Source: a virus
Taxonomy: Duplodnaviria > Heunggongvirae > Uroviricota > Caudoviricetes
Direction: 5' to 3' (one strand)
Virus record (IMG/VR): IMGVR_UViG_3300037484_000445
Span: 323,863 to 387,862 of that record
DNA length: 64,000 nucleotides
This document shows, piece after piece, positions 9,104-19,039 of this stretch; position 1 is the first letter of the stretch, and every line of letters begins with the position of its first letter. Made by a program: the position numbers and the translations under genes. A model generated the notes under the pieces. The model saw only the letters and a program-made list of their open reading frames with translations. It was not told where the DNA came from and searched no databases.

Positions 9104-9848
9104 GCCATAAGACCTCCGTAGAAAGTCTGAAAACCTTACCTGGAAAGAACTTCTTTAGGGCTTCCGTCCACCCGTTATCATCAAGTATTGAGGCAAACCC
9201 TATGGCTTGTTCGACGGAGTCCAAGTAGACGCGCATAACACCAGCAGCGTCGGACACAGCTACTCTCTCTTCATTCGTTGACGGCTCAGGTATAATAGTT
9301 GCTTGCCCGATCCTGCCCGGCAATGGCCAAGAAAGGGGTTCGTCGAGGGGGTTACATGGGAGGGGGCCCCAATTCACACCCGTCTTATCCCTTATGAGGA
9401 TGTGAGCCTTAGGTAGATCCGGGTCCTTACGATAGTAGTCTGGGAAGAACGTGGAGCCCGTCTTGAGGGTATCGTAATCTTCTCCCCAGATGGCTACTTC
9501 TGCGACAGCCAAGTCCCTGGACTCAATCAGGATCTGGTAGTTGTAAATCGTGTCCCGATAGGCATCAGTGAGAGCGCTATCGATGTCCCGCAACGAACGC
9601 ACTTCATGGTGAGTTCTTAGGGGTCTAAGAGGTTCAAGAATACACGTAACATCATTTCCACGAAGTGCAGTCTCCTCGTACCCAACTTCAATTTGGTACA
9701 GGACCTTCCAAGGAAAGTTGGTCGAATCGAGCACCACTTCATTTAGTTTGAGAAGTGGCCTGGTTTCGGGATCATAGGTAACGGTAACAACTGTTTTCTG
9801 ATCGCGTACGGCAACAACAGGCATCCTAGTAGATACACCAAAGCACAC
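9063..9848 (-). CDS. Hypothetical protein
   Basis: 261-aa ORF in a minus-strand run; start uncertain. Confidence 0.7.
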   Translation of the reverse strand: MCFGVSTRMPVVAVRDQKTVVTVTYDPETRPLLKLNEVVLDSTNFPWKVLYQIEVGYEETALRGNDVTCILEPLRPLRTHHEVRSLRDIDSALTDAYRDTIYNYQILIESRDLAVAEVAIWGEDYDTLKTGSTFFPDYYRKDPDLPKAHILIRDKTGVNWGPLPCNPLDEPLSWPLPGRIGQATIIPEPSTNEERVAVSDAAGVMRVYLDSVEQAIGFASILDDNGWTEALKKFFPGKVFRLSTEVLWPKACTPPDGDLKR

Positions 9849-10096
9849 TAGGTCGAGATTTTAGTCAAGGACGTGAACATCACGGACTGAATGGTACCGT
9901 CCTTGAAGCGTACCTCGGCTGAACGCACCTTCTTTGAGTGCCTCTTTGGGCACTTGCCAGACTTCACGAGGCGTAAGAGTACAACCTCTCGAGTACCATA
10001 GAGATGTGTAGGGCTCCAACGCGCTGTAGTCATTTGGCCCACCAAAGCCCCTGAATCATAAGCCCCCGACCAAACCAAGCTCGGTTGCAAGCTCAA
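9848..10096 (-). CDS. Hypothetical protein
   Basis: Fills the operon gap; start uncertain. Confidence 0.5.
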   Translation of the reverse strand: MSLQPSLVWSGAYDSGALVGQMTTARWSPTHLYGTREVVLLRLVKSGKCPKRHSKKVRSAEVRFKDGTIQSVMFTSLTKIST

Positions 10097-10640
10097 CGTT
10101 CTCAGGGAAGTCGAAGCGTCGCTCGGCTAGACATTCGGCAATGGTTAGATCTGGTTGGACCTTCACTTGTCGATCATAGAGAACCGTGTAGACCGCCGCG
10201 GCCAGGTTGACGCAATGTCGGGTCGGGATGACCACGAACCTATGGCATCTACAGAGGACTGATGGGGGGATCGATCCATCCTCTGGCCCAAAGATGTAGA
10301 GGGGGTTCTCGGGGTGTACGAACGCCGGCAGCGATTCAGAATTGGGCCGTAGCTCGATAGCTACGGGGGTGACAGCGCCGTCTTCATATTGGTCGAAGAA
10401 GTGGTCAAAGTGTCTCAGGTCGACGTCACGAAACCCCTTCATACGCTCTTCACGAGGCAAGCGCTTCTGACCCTTAAGTCCAAGAGTCACCCGATCCCCA
10501 GTGAACCATACTTGGGGCACACCATAACAAGAAGCCGCTCGCATGGCGGCTCCCACGTTGCAGGGGAATTTCGGATTGATAAGGGCTACCGCCGGAGCAA
10601 GCCCAAGCTTCTTTGCATTCTTACCGTAAATGTCAGGCAT
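10056..10640 (-). CDS. SpoU/TrmH-family RNA 2'-O-methyltransferase
   Basis: INPKFPCNVGAAMRAASCYG; YIFGPEDGSI; VIPTRHCVNLAAAVYTVLYD. Confidence 0.88.
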   Translation of the reverse strand: MPDIYGKNAKKLGLAPAVALINPKFPCNVGAAMRAASCYGVPQVWFTGDRVTLGLKGQKRLPREERMKGFRDVDLRHFDHFFDQYEDGAVTPVAIELRPNSESLPAFVHPENPLYIFGPEDGSIPPSVLCRCHRFVVIPTRHCVNLAAAVYTVLYDRQVKVQPDLTIAECLAERRFDFPENVELATELGLVGGL

Positions 10641-11176
10641 TACTTTCGTTCCTCGGGTTCACCACAGAAGAGGCAATCATCGTGGCACTTGTCTTCATCG
10701 TTGTTGTAAACGCACACACGAATTGGACTCTTGTGACAGTCGTGCGGACCTTCAACAAGGTCTGTGTCCGCAGGTAGCTTCAAGGTCTCAGCGACCCATA
10801 GCATTAGCTGTTCGTGGAGTAGATAGTAAGTGGTCTCAGCCTCTTCAACAGCCTCTTTTGCCCGCCGACAGTCGTGGTAAACCTGGGGTAAGTTGCGTAG
10901 GGCAAATTCATCAAACAGGCTAAGCTGAAACTCGAGAGTTTTTCTTAGCCTTTTGGCCAAGCGGATGCCGTGGTCGTCGAAGTAGTCCAAAGCCTTGTGT
11001 AGGGCTTCCTCGAGTGTTTGTGGATTGGCACGCATACCACAATCAGCAAAGACTTTGGCCACAGCTTCGGAGATGATGAAGGTGTGCGTCCAATAGGGCT
11101 TTGTCGGCGGTAGGAACTCCGCTCGCAACTGCCACTTTGGTTCCTGCTCCGTTGGAGGTAAGATGGAGATCGTCAT
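10640..11176 (-). CDS. Hypothetical protein
   Basis: Starts MTISILPP; Cys-rich C-terminus. Confidence 0.7.
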   Translation of the reverse strand: MTISILPPTEQEPKWQLRAEFLPPTKPYWTHTFIISEAVAKVFADCGMRANPQTLEEALHKALDYFDDHGIRLAKRLRKTLEFQLSLFDEFALRNLPQVYHDCRRAKEAVEEAETTYYLLHEQLMLWVAETLKLPADTDLVEGPHDCHKSPIRVCVYNNDEDKCHDDCLFCGEPEERK

Positions 11177-11604
11177 ACTAACTCGATACGCGGCACATGG
11201 GCATCTGGCCAAACACGATGGATCCACGTCTCTAGGGCCAACTCCACACTAACGTCTATGACCTGGAAGCAAGCTGTTTCGAAGATGACCTCAGGGAGGT
11301 GTTGTTCCAGATCACTCTTCTTGATCAAGACGCAAGTGAATAAGGGGCCATCAGACGAGTTCACGTAAGCGTGGGAATAGCAGGGATCCGACTCATCAGG
11401 GTAGACTTCTACTTCAAGAGTTTCTCGAACTAGACCCGCCTTCAATAGCTCCAATCTAGGAACATCTTCTTCCTCAATGAAGCGGCGTTCAAGTTCCTTC
11501 GTCAGGTCCTCAATTTGGATTGGACTCATGAAGTCAACGTGCCCGAAGACTCGACCCTTTTGCCCTGTAGGAAGGGCTAGTTCGAAGCTGATCAGCTTGG
11601 ACAT
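11173..11604 (-). CDS. Hypothetical protein
   Basis: 143 aa, overlaps the next gene. Confidence 0.7.
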   Translation of the reverse strand: MSKLISFELALPTGQKGRVFGHVDFMSPIQIEDLTKELERRFIEEEDVPRLELLKAGLVRETLEVEVYPDESDPCYSHAYVNSSDGPLFTCVLIKKSDLEQHLPEVIFETACFQVIDVSVELALETWIHRVWPDAHVPRIELV

Positions 11605-11608
11605 GTGC

Positions 11609-12358
11609 TTATGAGTGGGTCAAGCTTGGAAGTAGAACCTTTAGGTACTCGGTCAATTTGTCGTAGTCCCAAGCATGAATCAAGCTTGGTCCTTTGGTGA
11701 CATTATCGTCGGAAACCGTGACGCTAGCGCCGTTAGCGGACCAATCGAGGTTGACGACTCGCTTCCGCCAGCCCACCTTGACGAAGCCCTTACACCCAGC
11801 GACCCGAACCTCGTACCACGCGGTACAAAGTTCACAAGTACAGTACTCGTTGGGAATCGGATTGAAGGTGTACTTCCTAGCAGGATCGGCCTTATTGAAG
11901 GCTTCTTTGAACTGATTGAGAGTCTCCGTTTCGATCTCTTGATGCTGACAAGCCTTGTGTCGAAACTTCTCGTCTCTGTAATACCAACGTGCAGTTTGAG
12001 CGTCCTCAAGAGTCCAACCGACACCACAAACCGCACACACAGCATCGGCCTTTGGAGGGTATACGATCGAGGTCGTTAGAGAAGTATCTTCTGGGAGATA
12101 CACCCAGAGGTCCTCGACTACGTCCGGGATACTCTCGACGTGGCGAGAATCGATGGGTAAAGTGCCTTGGATTAGATGGCATTGGCCAAAGGTGTCCACC
12201 TGCCAACGACCTAAGAGCCAAAAAGTCTTGAGACGACGGCGTTCACCCTTCTCATTACTTTTGGCTGCGTTGCCCCGATCAGCCAAAAGACGGTTGAACC
12301 CACTCAATCCGTCTTTGAGGTATTCCTTGATTCCTTCTAGCGTGTCAAATGAGTCCAT
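11609..12358 (-). CDS. Phage hypothetical protein with CxxC motifs
   Basis: ATG 10 nt after GGTGTA; VKVGWRKRVVNLDWS...IHAWDY. Confidence 0.75.
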   Translation of the reverse strand: MDSFDTLEGIKEYLKDGLSGFNRLLADRGNAAKSNEKGERRRLKTFWLLGRWQVDTFGQCHLIQGTLPIDSRHVESIPDVVEDLWVYLPEDTSLTTSIVYPPKADAVCAVCGVGWTLEDAQTARWYYRDEKFRHKACQHQEIETETLNQFKEAFNKADPARKYTFNPIPNEYCTCELCTAWYEVRVAGCKGFVKVGWRKRVVNLDWSANGASVTVSDDNVTKGPSLIHAWDYDKLTEYLKVLLPSLTHS

Positions 12359-12386
12359 GCCCAGTATATACACCGGCTAGACGTTC

Positions 12387-12683
12387 TCAAATCTCTATGA
12401 TGCCCAATAAGCCATGACTTCGCACTTCTGGCGAGTAGATGGCCTGAGGATCGCCCTCCTTAGGAAGGGGCTCGTTGAACTCGAGGGTATAGACGGTGTC
12501 GGTCTGGTCCTCCTCATTTCGCTTGAATGCCGAGTAGCCCACCCAGGCATGGCTACCCCTCATGGCCTGCAGGACAACGAACCCTTCCTCCAAGAGCGCT
12601 CGGGCTCGGGTTTGTATGGCCTCCACCGTATCGAAGTGCTCCGTGGTGTAAGTGCTTCCGTTTTCGCTTGTTTCAGTAGGCAT
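12387..12683 (-). CDS. Hypothetical protein
   Basis: Probable start MPTETS. Confidence 0.55.
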   Translation of the reverse strand: MPTETSENGSTYTTEHFDTVEAIQTRARALLEEGFVVLQAMRGSHAWVGYSAFKRNEEDQTDTVYTLEFNEPLPKEGDPQAIYSPEVRSHGLLGIIEI

Positions 12684-12691
12684 AGGGGTCC

Positions 12692-13063
12692 TTACGGTTT
12701 GACAAGGGTTAGGGTCTTCTTTGGGTAGACGGTCACGAGGCACCAGCCTTCGGACACAACGCCATCGAATGTCCACGAGGCCTTTGTCTCTCGTCCCCGA
12801 CGAGTGGCCATATTACACACCCTTTGCACGTTAGCTGAATGGACTGCAGCGGAAAACTCAATAGGTTCAGAAGCTAGGCGCTCACGAAATTGAGCCCACT
12901 CTACACCCAACACAAACGAATCTGTGTTGGATTGGCCATTAAGTTCTTCGTTGTCTATTTCGAAGGGATCAGTTAGCTCCCACGTCTCAGAAAAATTAAT
13001 GCTAGTCATCGAAGGCACCTCCCATAAGTATTCTGTCCAAGGGCTCAATCGAGGGTACTGCAA
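12692..13063 (-). CDS. Hypothetical protein
   Basis: ORF in minus-strand run; start possibly MTSINF. Confidence 0.6.
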   Translation of the reverse strand: MQYPRLSPWTEYLWEVPSMTSINFSETWELTDPFEIDNEELNGQSNTDSFVLGVEWAQFRERLASEPIEFSAAVHSANVQRVCNMATRRGRETKASWTFDGVVSEGWCLVTVYPKKTLTLVKP

Positions 13064-13424
13064 CCAAAGTAGGCTCCGGCCACAGCATGCTTTGAAGCCG
13101 TTGGATTGTCTCCAAAACCTTTAAAACCGAGTCGACTTTGGTCCGGCCGATATGCCAACCGACCCTTATATTGTCCCAACTGATTTCACTGAAAACGTTC
13201 CGAATACCCTCATCGTCGTAGGACTCATCCAAACACAGCTGAGCAAGCATACTACTAGTGCCGTTGGGGTAGAAAGCGTGAATCGTTAGACCCCAATTTT
13301 CATTCCAAAGTACCTTGATCTCGTAACCCCCTGTTGGAGGGGGTTCGAACAAAGTGAAGTCGATAGTAGCTAATTCGGAACGTGTCACCTTGAACTCCTT
13401 AGAGGTATCGGCGTCCGGAGTCAC
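13002..13424 (-). CDS. Hypothetical protein
   Basis: 140-aa ORF. Confidence 0.6.
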   Translation of the reverse strand: MTPDADTSKEFKVTRSELATIDFTLFEPPPTGGYEIKVLWNENWGLTIHAFYPNGTSSMLAQLCLDESYDDEGIRNVFSEISWDNIRVGWHIGRTKVDSVLKVLETIQRLQSMLWPEPTLVAVPSIEPLDRILMGGAFDD

Positions 13425-14238
13425 GTATCATGGGCATAGCGTCTCGAACTGCTTCAGCATCCTTTCGGCCTTGCTCAAGAGCCTCTTGGATTTCCTCTTT
13501 GGTTAGATGGGGGACATTCTCCAGCTCTTCGGGAGTGAGGCGCTTCAAGGGATCTTGTTGAGTGCTGTATTCCTGTGCTTGACCAGGTGTACACACTCGC
13601 GGTGGCGCTTCAATGTTAGGTCTGGGCATGACCGTTGTGATGACTCGATCGACGGCCGCATGAAGAGTCAACCCTGTCTCCAGGGTGCCCTCAAGATTGA
13701 GGTCATACAACTCGTTTGCTGGTTGGATTAGGAAACTGTGCTCAATCATCCGCATACCACTCGAGGCATCCACATGACTGCCACCAATTAGGCCCCCGCC
13801 GTCTAATGGCCTAACATGAAGACCTGTGATACGTAGCTTCCTGAGAGCTTCCTCGGGTGTCTGAATCTCCGATCCCTGGAAGAGTGTGACTCGAATCCCC
13901 AAACATTCGTGAAAGGCAAGGAAGAGCTCACCGTTGTAGTAGCTCTCCCTTGAGTGCAGCTCTTTGAGAGCCGTATCCAAACAGCACTTAGTCCAGGAAA
14001 GTCGGATGATATCGTTGCGAACAGCCCCCATAAATAAAGGCTTCTCGAACACATAAGTGTCTCGATCCCACGGATCCCCTAGAAACTGAAGGATGATGGG
14101 GTAGCCTATCTCAAGAGGCATAAGAGTAGTGGCCATTGCCATCAGGTCAGCCTGATAGTGCTCCACATTGAAGGTACCCTTCGATATGGATGTCGGAGGG
14201 ATTGACGGAGCGTACAAGTCTTGGGTAATTGGTCTCAT
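13399..14238 (-). CDS. Hypothetical protein
   Basis: 279 aa; ATGA overlap. Confidence 0.7.
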   Translation of the reverse strand: MRPITQDLYAPSIPPTSISKGTFNVEHYQADLMAMATTLMPLEIGYPIILQFLGDPWDRDTYVFEKPLFMGAVRNDIIRLSWTKCCLDTALKELHSRESYYNGELFLAFHECLGIRVTLFQGSEIQTPEEALRKLRITGLHVRPLDGGGLIGGSHVDASSGMRMIEHSFLIQPANELYDLNLEGTLETGLTLHAAVDRVITTVMPRPNIEAPPRVCTPGQAQEYSTQQDPLKRLTPEELENVPHLTKEEIQEALEQGRKDAEAVRDAMPMIRDSGRRYL

Positions 14239-15104
14239 ACGGCTATCTCGAGGGGTGCTGGTTCATTGGGTTGAAACACGCGTTGGCCATCTTCATCGAG
14301 ACGCCAAGTATTCGTAATCTCGTGAAACATCGACGGGTTAGCCCGAAGAAGGAGCATTTGGGCTAGCATTTGGTCGTGACTGGGCACAAAATGTTTGGAT
14401 ACGATGCAATACTCGAAAACACGACGCCCAGCCTCAACCCTAAAGACATTGTGCTGGAATTGGTCGACAATGAGGTAGTCGTAGCCGTCGGCACCGCGGA
14501 CGTGAAACTGGCCGTTTGCGTCGAATTCTCGACGCTGCTCGCTATTGAGGTGTGACCGAAGAAGCTCCCTTGCCCTACTAGTTATGCGGCAATGGGTCTC
14601 TTCGCGCTCCCGTCTTCGATTCTCAACACGAACTAGAAACTCGGGAATTTCTGGGACCTCTTGATCGAACTCTGCACCCGCCAAAGCCAAACAAGTTTGT
14701 TCGACCTGGTAGACTAAATCACGATCCCCTACGTCAATACCCACATGTAATCCCTCGACGTAGGCAAGACCTCCCAGAAGAAGGACGCCGTGACGGTCGA
14801 CCACTTTAACTCCACGATAGTCAACAATCCCATCATAAATGGTTGATTGCCATACTGACCGTAAGACTAGGATCAGCGTCCCGTCGGGGGAGACACCAGA
14901 ACCTTCGCAGATAAGGCCCTGAAGGCGTCTAGGTAGTTCGTCAACGAGTGTAGTTAGGGGTTCGTCGAGGTTGACGCCAATGAACGTCCTTTGACCGCAA
15001 CCGTGGATATCCCAAGCAGGGGGATCCCACTGGTAGCAAGTCGACGGCTCAAAGTCAAAAACGGGGATCTCGCCTGGGTCCAAAGGCTCGATTAGAAGAT
15101 GCAT
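14235..15104 (-). CDS. Hypothetical protein
   Basis: 289 aa. Confidence 0.75.
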   Translation of the reverse strand: MHLLIEPLDPGEIPVFDFEPSTCYQWDPPAWDIHGCGQRTFIGVNLDEPLTTLVDELPRRLQGLICEGSGVSPDGTLILVLRSVWQSTIYDGIVDYRGVKVVDRHGVLLLGGLAYVEGLHVGIDVGDRDLVYQVEQTCLALAGAEFDQEVPEIPEFLVRVENRRREREETHCRITSRARELLRSHLNSEQRREFDANGQFHVRGADGYDYLIVDQFQHNVFRVEAGRRVFEYCIVSKHFVPSHDQMLAQMLLLRANPSMFHEITNTWRLDEDGQRVFQPNEPAPLEIAV

Positions 15105-15105
15105 C

Positions 15106-15804
15106 TCAAGCCCCTTCGGGAGGTACTTCGCACGGAGTCCCTATACCAGCTTCAACTTTGACCACCTGACGCTTTCGGAAGTAGTCGGGCTCCAAAGTGG
15201 TAACTCGTTCAACTTCCAAATCTTCTTCCTCCTCGGCCGAGATGCCGAACTTTTCGCAAAGGGCGAGAAGAGCGATCCCTACGCCGCCAGCCTCTTGCCC
15301 GATGATGCCAGCGGGTCGGGAGTAAACGTACTCGAGGAGCTCCCGAGCCTTCTCGATGGGAAGACCCGCTGCCTGGACAAGCTCCAGGGACTCCTCCAAG
15401 AAGCGGAGGGTCCTTTCGTTCGCACTCAAGGAGGCTTCGCCGAAAGTACGTTGGATCCACTCCGTAATGATCCTCTGACGGTAATCTCGAGTGTCGTGAC
15501 GACACGTATGAAGAGATTCGGTTATGGCCGCCGTCATGGTCACCCGGATCAGGTGGTGTCGGCCTTGAGGCGTCTCCAGCATCTTGGTCAACCGAGCTTC
15601 CACTGGATGCTTGTTTCGACGTGGATCGTGAGCATCGAGTATGCTGATCTCAAAGATCTTGCCGCAATCAGCGCAAGTGAACCAGTAGTTGGAAGGACCT
15701 TGGTTCCCGGCCTCAAGGGGACTCATTTCGATTGAGTGGTTTTGCCCATCGCAATGCCGACGGATCCCCTTCAAGAGTGATATGATCTGGACGTATCGAG
15801 GCAT
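15106..15804 (-). CDS. MazG-like NTP pyrophosphatase-fold protein with N-terminal Zn ribbon
   Basis: ERTLRFLEESLELVQAAG...QEAGGVGIALLAL. Confidence 0.55.
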   Translation of the reverse strand: MPRYVQIISLLKGIRRHCDGQNHSIEMSPLEAGNQGPSNYWFTCADCGKIFEISILDAHDPRRNKHPVEARLTKMLETPQGRHHLIRVTMTAAITESLHTCRHDTRDYRQRIITEWIQRTFGEASLSANERTLRFLEESLELVQAAGLPIEKARELLEYVYSRPAGIIGQEAGGVGIALLALCEKFGISAEEEEDLEVERVTTLEPDYFRKRQVVKVEAGIGTPCEVPPEGA

Positions 15805-15821
15805 AGTGCCTAATACACCAG

Positions 15822-16196
15822 CTACGGGTAGCGCTTTTTCAGGTCGAGCAGACCAAGCTTAGCTGAATTCTTATGAGTGAGCGTGGTCATGTCTAAGCTC
15901 AAGGATTCTCGATGTTTGGTGCATACTAAGTCTTCATCGATAACCAGCCACGTAACGCTAGCTAGATGACTTAGGACCAACGGTCCGAGGTCCTCTTTTT
16001 CCTTGTACATCACCAACCACGCTTCATCACTATCCCACAAGAGCCAAAATCGTTTTCCGCCCTCCCTCTTGGAACCGGCCCTATTCAGAGCATCGATGAC
16101 ACTGGTTAGGTCTTCTGAGGCTAGAAAGGCTTTTTGATACTCGCCTAACAGGTGGTGAATGTTCTCAACACAATCGGGTGGCAGTGTCCAATACAC
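15822..16196 (-). CDS. Hypothetical protein
   Basis: 124 aa; start uncertain. Confidence 0.6.
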   Translation of the reverse strand: MYWTLPPDCVENIHHLLGEYQKAFLASEDLTSVIDALNRAGSKREGGKRFWLLWDSDEAWLVMYKEKEDLGPLVLSHLASVTWLVIDEDLVCTKHRESLSLDMTTLTHKNSAKLGLLDLKKRYP

Positions 16197-16206
16197 CAGA
16201 AGCGGC

Positions 16207-16572
16207 CTAGAGCATCTCGATGGCTAGGGCGACAAGCTTCGAGCCCTTAGGCCAATCAAAGGGTACGTAAGCCTCATCGGAATCATCGTCGTACGTGCCC
16301 TTGATTAGCCCCTCCCGAGCAAGGGACCGCATGACGTCTCCTTGCCAGCCAGAGTTGCCAAAAGGGCGCTTACCCGAGAACCCCTCATCTTCAACCCAAA
16401 GACGCGCCACAAGGGCAATGAGGTACTCTCGGAGGGTGCAAACGCCGATGTCCTTACTATTCACGGTCAGGGCCAATATGTGCTGGCCCAACTCTCGTAC
16501 CATTGGATTCTCGATCTTGTTCTTCCAATGCTCAAGAAGTATGTCAACCGTCATTGAATCCCAAGAGGTCAT
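16207..16572 (-). CDS. Phage hypothetical protein
   Basis: TLREYLIALVARLWVEDEGFSGKRPFGNSGW. Confidence 0.75.
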   Translation of the reverse strand: MTSWDSMTVDILLEHWKNKIENPMVRELGQHILALTVNSKDIGVCTLREYLIALVARLWVEDEGFSGKRPFGNSGWQGDVMRSLAREGLIKGTYDDDSDEAYVPFDWPKGSKLVALAIEML

Positions 16573-16575
16573 GGT

Positions 16576-16839
16576 TTACCTAGAATGTGCTGATACTGTG
16601 TCCTCGATCATCTTGAGCACACAGGCATCTTCGACGGCACAAATCTCGTCACGAGCTCTTCGGGTAACACTGTCAATGATCGACATTTCGGTCATATGCC
16701 GCATGAGTAGGGCTCTTCGAGCTTCAGCCTTAGAAAGCCGTTTAGTGAGCTCTCCATATTCATTCTTGTGCCAACCGCAATTAATATGACGAAGCTGTGC
16801 CTTCACAGCCTTTCGCTTGTCTCGATGCTTGTGTCCCAT
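16576..16839 (-). CDS. Basic hypothetical protein
   Basis: GGTGTA motif upstream. Confidence 0.65.
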   Translation of the reverse strand: MGHKHRDKRKAVKAQLRHINCGWHKNEYGELTKRLSKAEARRALLMRHMTEMSIIDSVTRRARDEICAVEDACVLKMIEDTVSAHSR

Positions 16840-16862
16840 GAAGAGGGCCTACACCGGAAGGG

Positions 16863-17423
16863 TTAAGGCCAGGCACCCACTTTGGCCAGATCAACGGCGG
16901 CCCTCACTTCGGCCATGTTGGTTCCATCGTAGCGAACGACCTGTGGGTGTTTGATGTCTTCGTTCCAAGGGTGGGCCACCGATATGACGACTCCTCTTGG
17001 ACGTACTTCGAGCCAAGGGAGGAAGTAGGGTGGGTAGTCGTCCACAAGAACGCGGCCGTACACGAGGCTTTTCAGCTCAGTGATTGTGTACGATGCATCA
17101 GGTAAGTGCTTGCAACACCAGTTGACTTTCTCAGCCCAAGCTGAGGCATTACGCTTGGAGCATTTGGTCAGGACGTTGAGCTGGTAACCCGTCTCCCGCA
17201 AGTACTCAACCACGTGGAAGCCTAGATCGATCCGTGACAACCCCTCCCAGAACCCTGGTGTGTGTTTGATGAGCTCGCGACGAGCTTCAATGTGAGGAGG
17301 CACACCGTCATAGACTTCATCATAGGTGGTTTCACCTGGTGAATAGAGAGGGAACATTCGACGAGACATCTCGCCATCGAAGTCCGCCGTTGTCCCATCG
17401 AGGTCAATGAGGGCGATTGCCAT
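16863..17423 (-). CDS. 5'(3')-deoxyribonucleotidase (HAD, NT5C-like)
   Basis: IALIDLDGTTADF; PGFWEGL; EKVNWC; VLVDDYP. Confidence 0.85.
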   Translation of the reverse strand: MAIALIDLDGTTADFDGEMSRRMFPLYSPGETTYDEVYDGVPPHIEARRELIKHTPGFWEGLSRIDLGFHVVEYLRETGYQLNVLTKCSKRNASAWAEKVNWCCKHLPDASYTITELKSLVYGRVLVDDYPPYFLPWLEVRPRGVVISVAHPWNEDIKHPQVVRYDGTNMAEVRAAVDLAKVGAWP

Positions 17424-17471
17424 GAAGAGTGACTACACCAAGTCAACCGCTTCGGTGTAGTCATTTGGACC

Positions 17472-18236
17472 ATGAATCTTGATGAGTACAATGATGAAGT
17501 CACACCCAAAAAACCTGAAAAGACGTCATTACTCTTGGAAGCGTTGGATTACCCGCTTGAGGTGGCTCAACTAGATGCCGAGAACGATTATGGCCTAAAG
17601 CCTATCGTTGAATGTGTTGTACCCACCATCCCGATCACGTATGAGGCCGCCAGTGTCTACGAATTCATGGACGATGACACATATCAACGTTTGACTCTTA
17701 ACCTAATAAGGAAGCTCCTAAGCACTGGGCCGTTTTCACTGATAGACATACCGTCCTTCAAAAGATCCGGTATCTACGCTATCTTTTACCATGGTGAGCT
17801 TCCGATCTACACGCCATTACGGTCAGTAGGGTCCACGTGTCCTATCTACATAGGTAAAACGGAAAGTCTATCAACCCGAATACGAGACCACATAAAGACC
17901 ATCAAGTATACCACCTTAGGAATAGAGAACTTCACGTTTCGTTTCGTGAGGCTCGACGACTACGTGGAACAAGCTGAACGCAAGCTTATCGATCTTTTTA
18001 ATCCCGTGTGGAACAAGTTCCTAAAAGGGTTTGGCGAGCGGGCTGGGAATCACCAGACTAGTCGGAGGACAGGGCAACAAGTATCGAAGTGGGATGCTTA
18101 CCACCCAGGACGTAAGACCAACGCCGACGTTCCTCGTGATCTAGCCGAGATTGAGGAGGAATTGAAGGTATGGTTAAGAATCAGTCGTAATTCCTACGAC
18201 AACACGATAGAGCTTCTAGGTCTTCCTCGGCCGTGA
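17472..18236 (+). CDS. Eco29kI-family GIY-YIG endonuclease
   Basis: SGIYAIFYHG...PIYIGK; AERKLIDLFNPVWN...GFG; SKWDAYHPGR; GGTGTA 12 nt upstream. Confidence 0.82.
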   Translation: MNLDEYNDEVTPKKPEKTSLLLEALDYPLEVAQLDAENDYGLKPIVECVVPTIPITYEAASVYEFMDDDTYQRLTLNLIRKLLSTGPFSLIDIPSFKRSGIYAIFYHGELPIYTPLRSVGSTCPIYIGKTESLSTRIRDHIKTIKYTTLGIENFTFRFVRLDDYVEQAERKLIDLFNPVWNKFLKGFGERAGNHQTSRRTGQQVSKWDAYHPGRKTNADVPRDLAEIEEELKVWLRISRNSYDNTIELLGLPRP

Positions 18237-18704
18237 CCTCTTCCAATTGAACGGAATAAACCCATTTTGCTGACCCCAGACAATCCAGGCCATAGTAACC
18301 TCCGAGACTCGACCAGCGTCCTTACCGTTCACAGGATTGACACCCGTAAGTGTCATCAAAGCCCCATGCCAGTTCAAACCAGAATAGTTGACTCGAAGCT
18401 CCTCGAGAATAAGAGGAATGACTCGAGGACCCAAACCGATGATAGCTTGATAGCTTGGATGTAGGGTCATTTCAATCATTGAGGTGATCCGCTCCGTCTC
18501 ATGTTTCCAGATTCGAAGATGCTCTTCAAAAGCCTCTTCAAGCTGGGTCCTACGCACTAGTGACCGGATGCCCCTGAATGCCTTATCGGGGCTTCTAGAC
18601 AGGTAGCTGAGGGACGGATAGGCGGAGCAGATCGCTACATATTCGCGATCCTCTTCCGACCACTGAACTGTATAGGTTGGATGGTTAATCTTAAGGCTCA
18701 TCAT
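18216..18704 (-). CDS. HicB-like domain fused to an unknown helical domain
   Basis: YTVQWSEEDREYVAICSAYPSLSYLSRSPDKAFRGI. Confidence 0.65.
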   Translation of the reverse strand: MMSLKINHPTYTVQWSEEDREYVAICSAYPSLSYLSRSPDKAFRGIRSLVRRTQLEEAFEEHLRIWKHETERITSMIEMTLHPSYQAIIGLGPRVIPLILEELRVNYSGLNWHGALMTLTGVNPVNGKDAGRVSEVTMAWIVWGQQNGFIPFNWKRSRPRKT

Positions 18705-19033
18705 GTTCCGTCCAAGGCAGTCATTACGGCATCGAGGATCTTAGTCGTCTCTGGAAGGTCCTCTACAACGCAAGTCACCATACCCACATCATGAATCACG
18801 ATCATAGCACAAAGGGTTGTGACTTCTTCCAGTGTCGGACTTGCGTTGAGGACCGTTTGGGTCGCCTTGTCCTTGAAAACCAAAACACCTGAATGTTGGG
18901 GTAGATCCCCCAATTGCAGAACGCTACCCTCATTGTCAAGTTCTTCAATTACACCCTCGGTCCAGACGCTAAGTATTGCCTGGACTGCGAGAGTTAGGGA
19001 CTTTGAAGTCTTGCTTGGGATACTTACTTTCAT
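18701..19033 (-). CDS. Hypothetical protein (paralog of next gene)
   Basis: VQAILSVWTEGVIEE...VTCVVED shared with the neighbour. Confidence 0.7.
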   Translation of the reverse strand: MKVSIPSKTSKSLTLAVQAILSVWTEGVIEELDNEGSVLQLGDLPQHSGVLVFKDKATQTVLNASPTLEEVTTLCAMIVIHDVGMVTCVVEDLPETTKILDAVMTALDGT

Positions 19034-19039
19034 GAGCCC

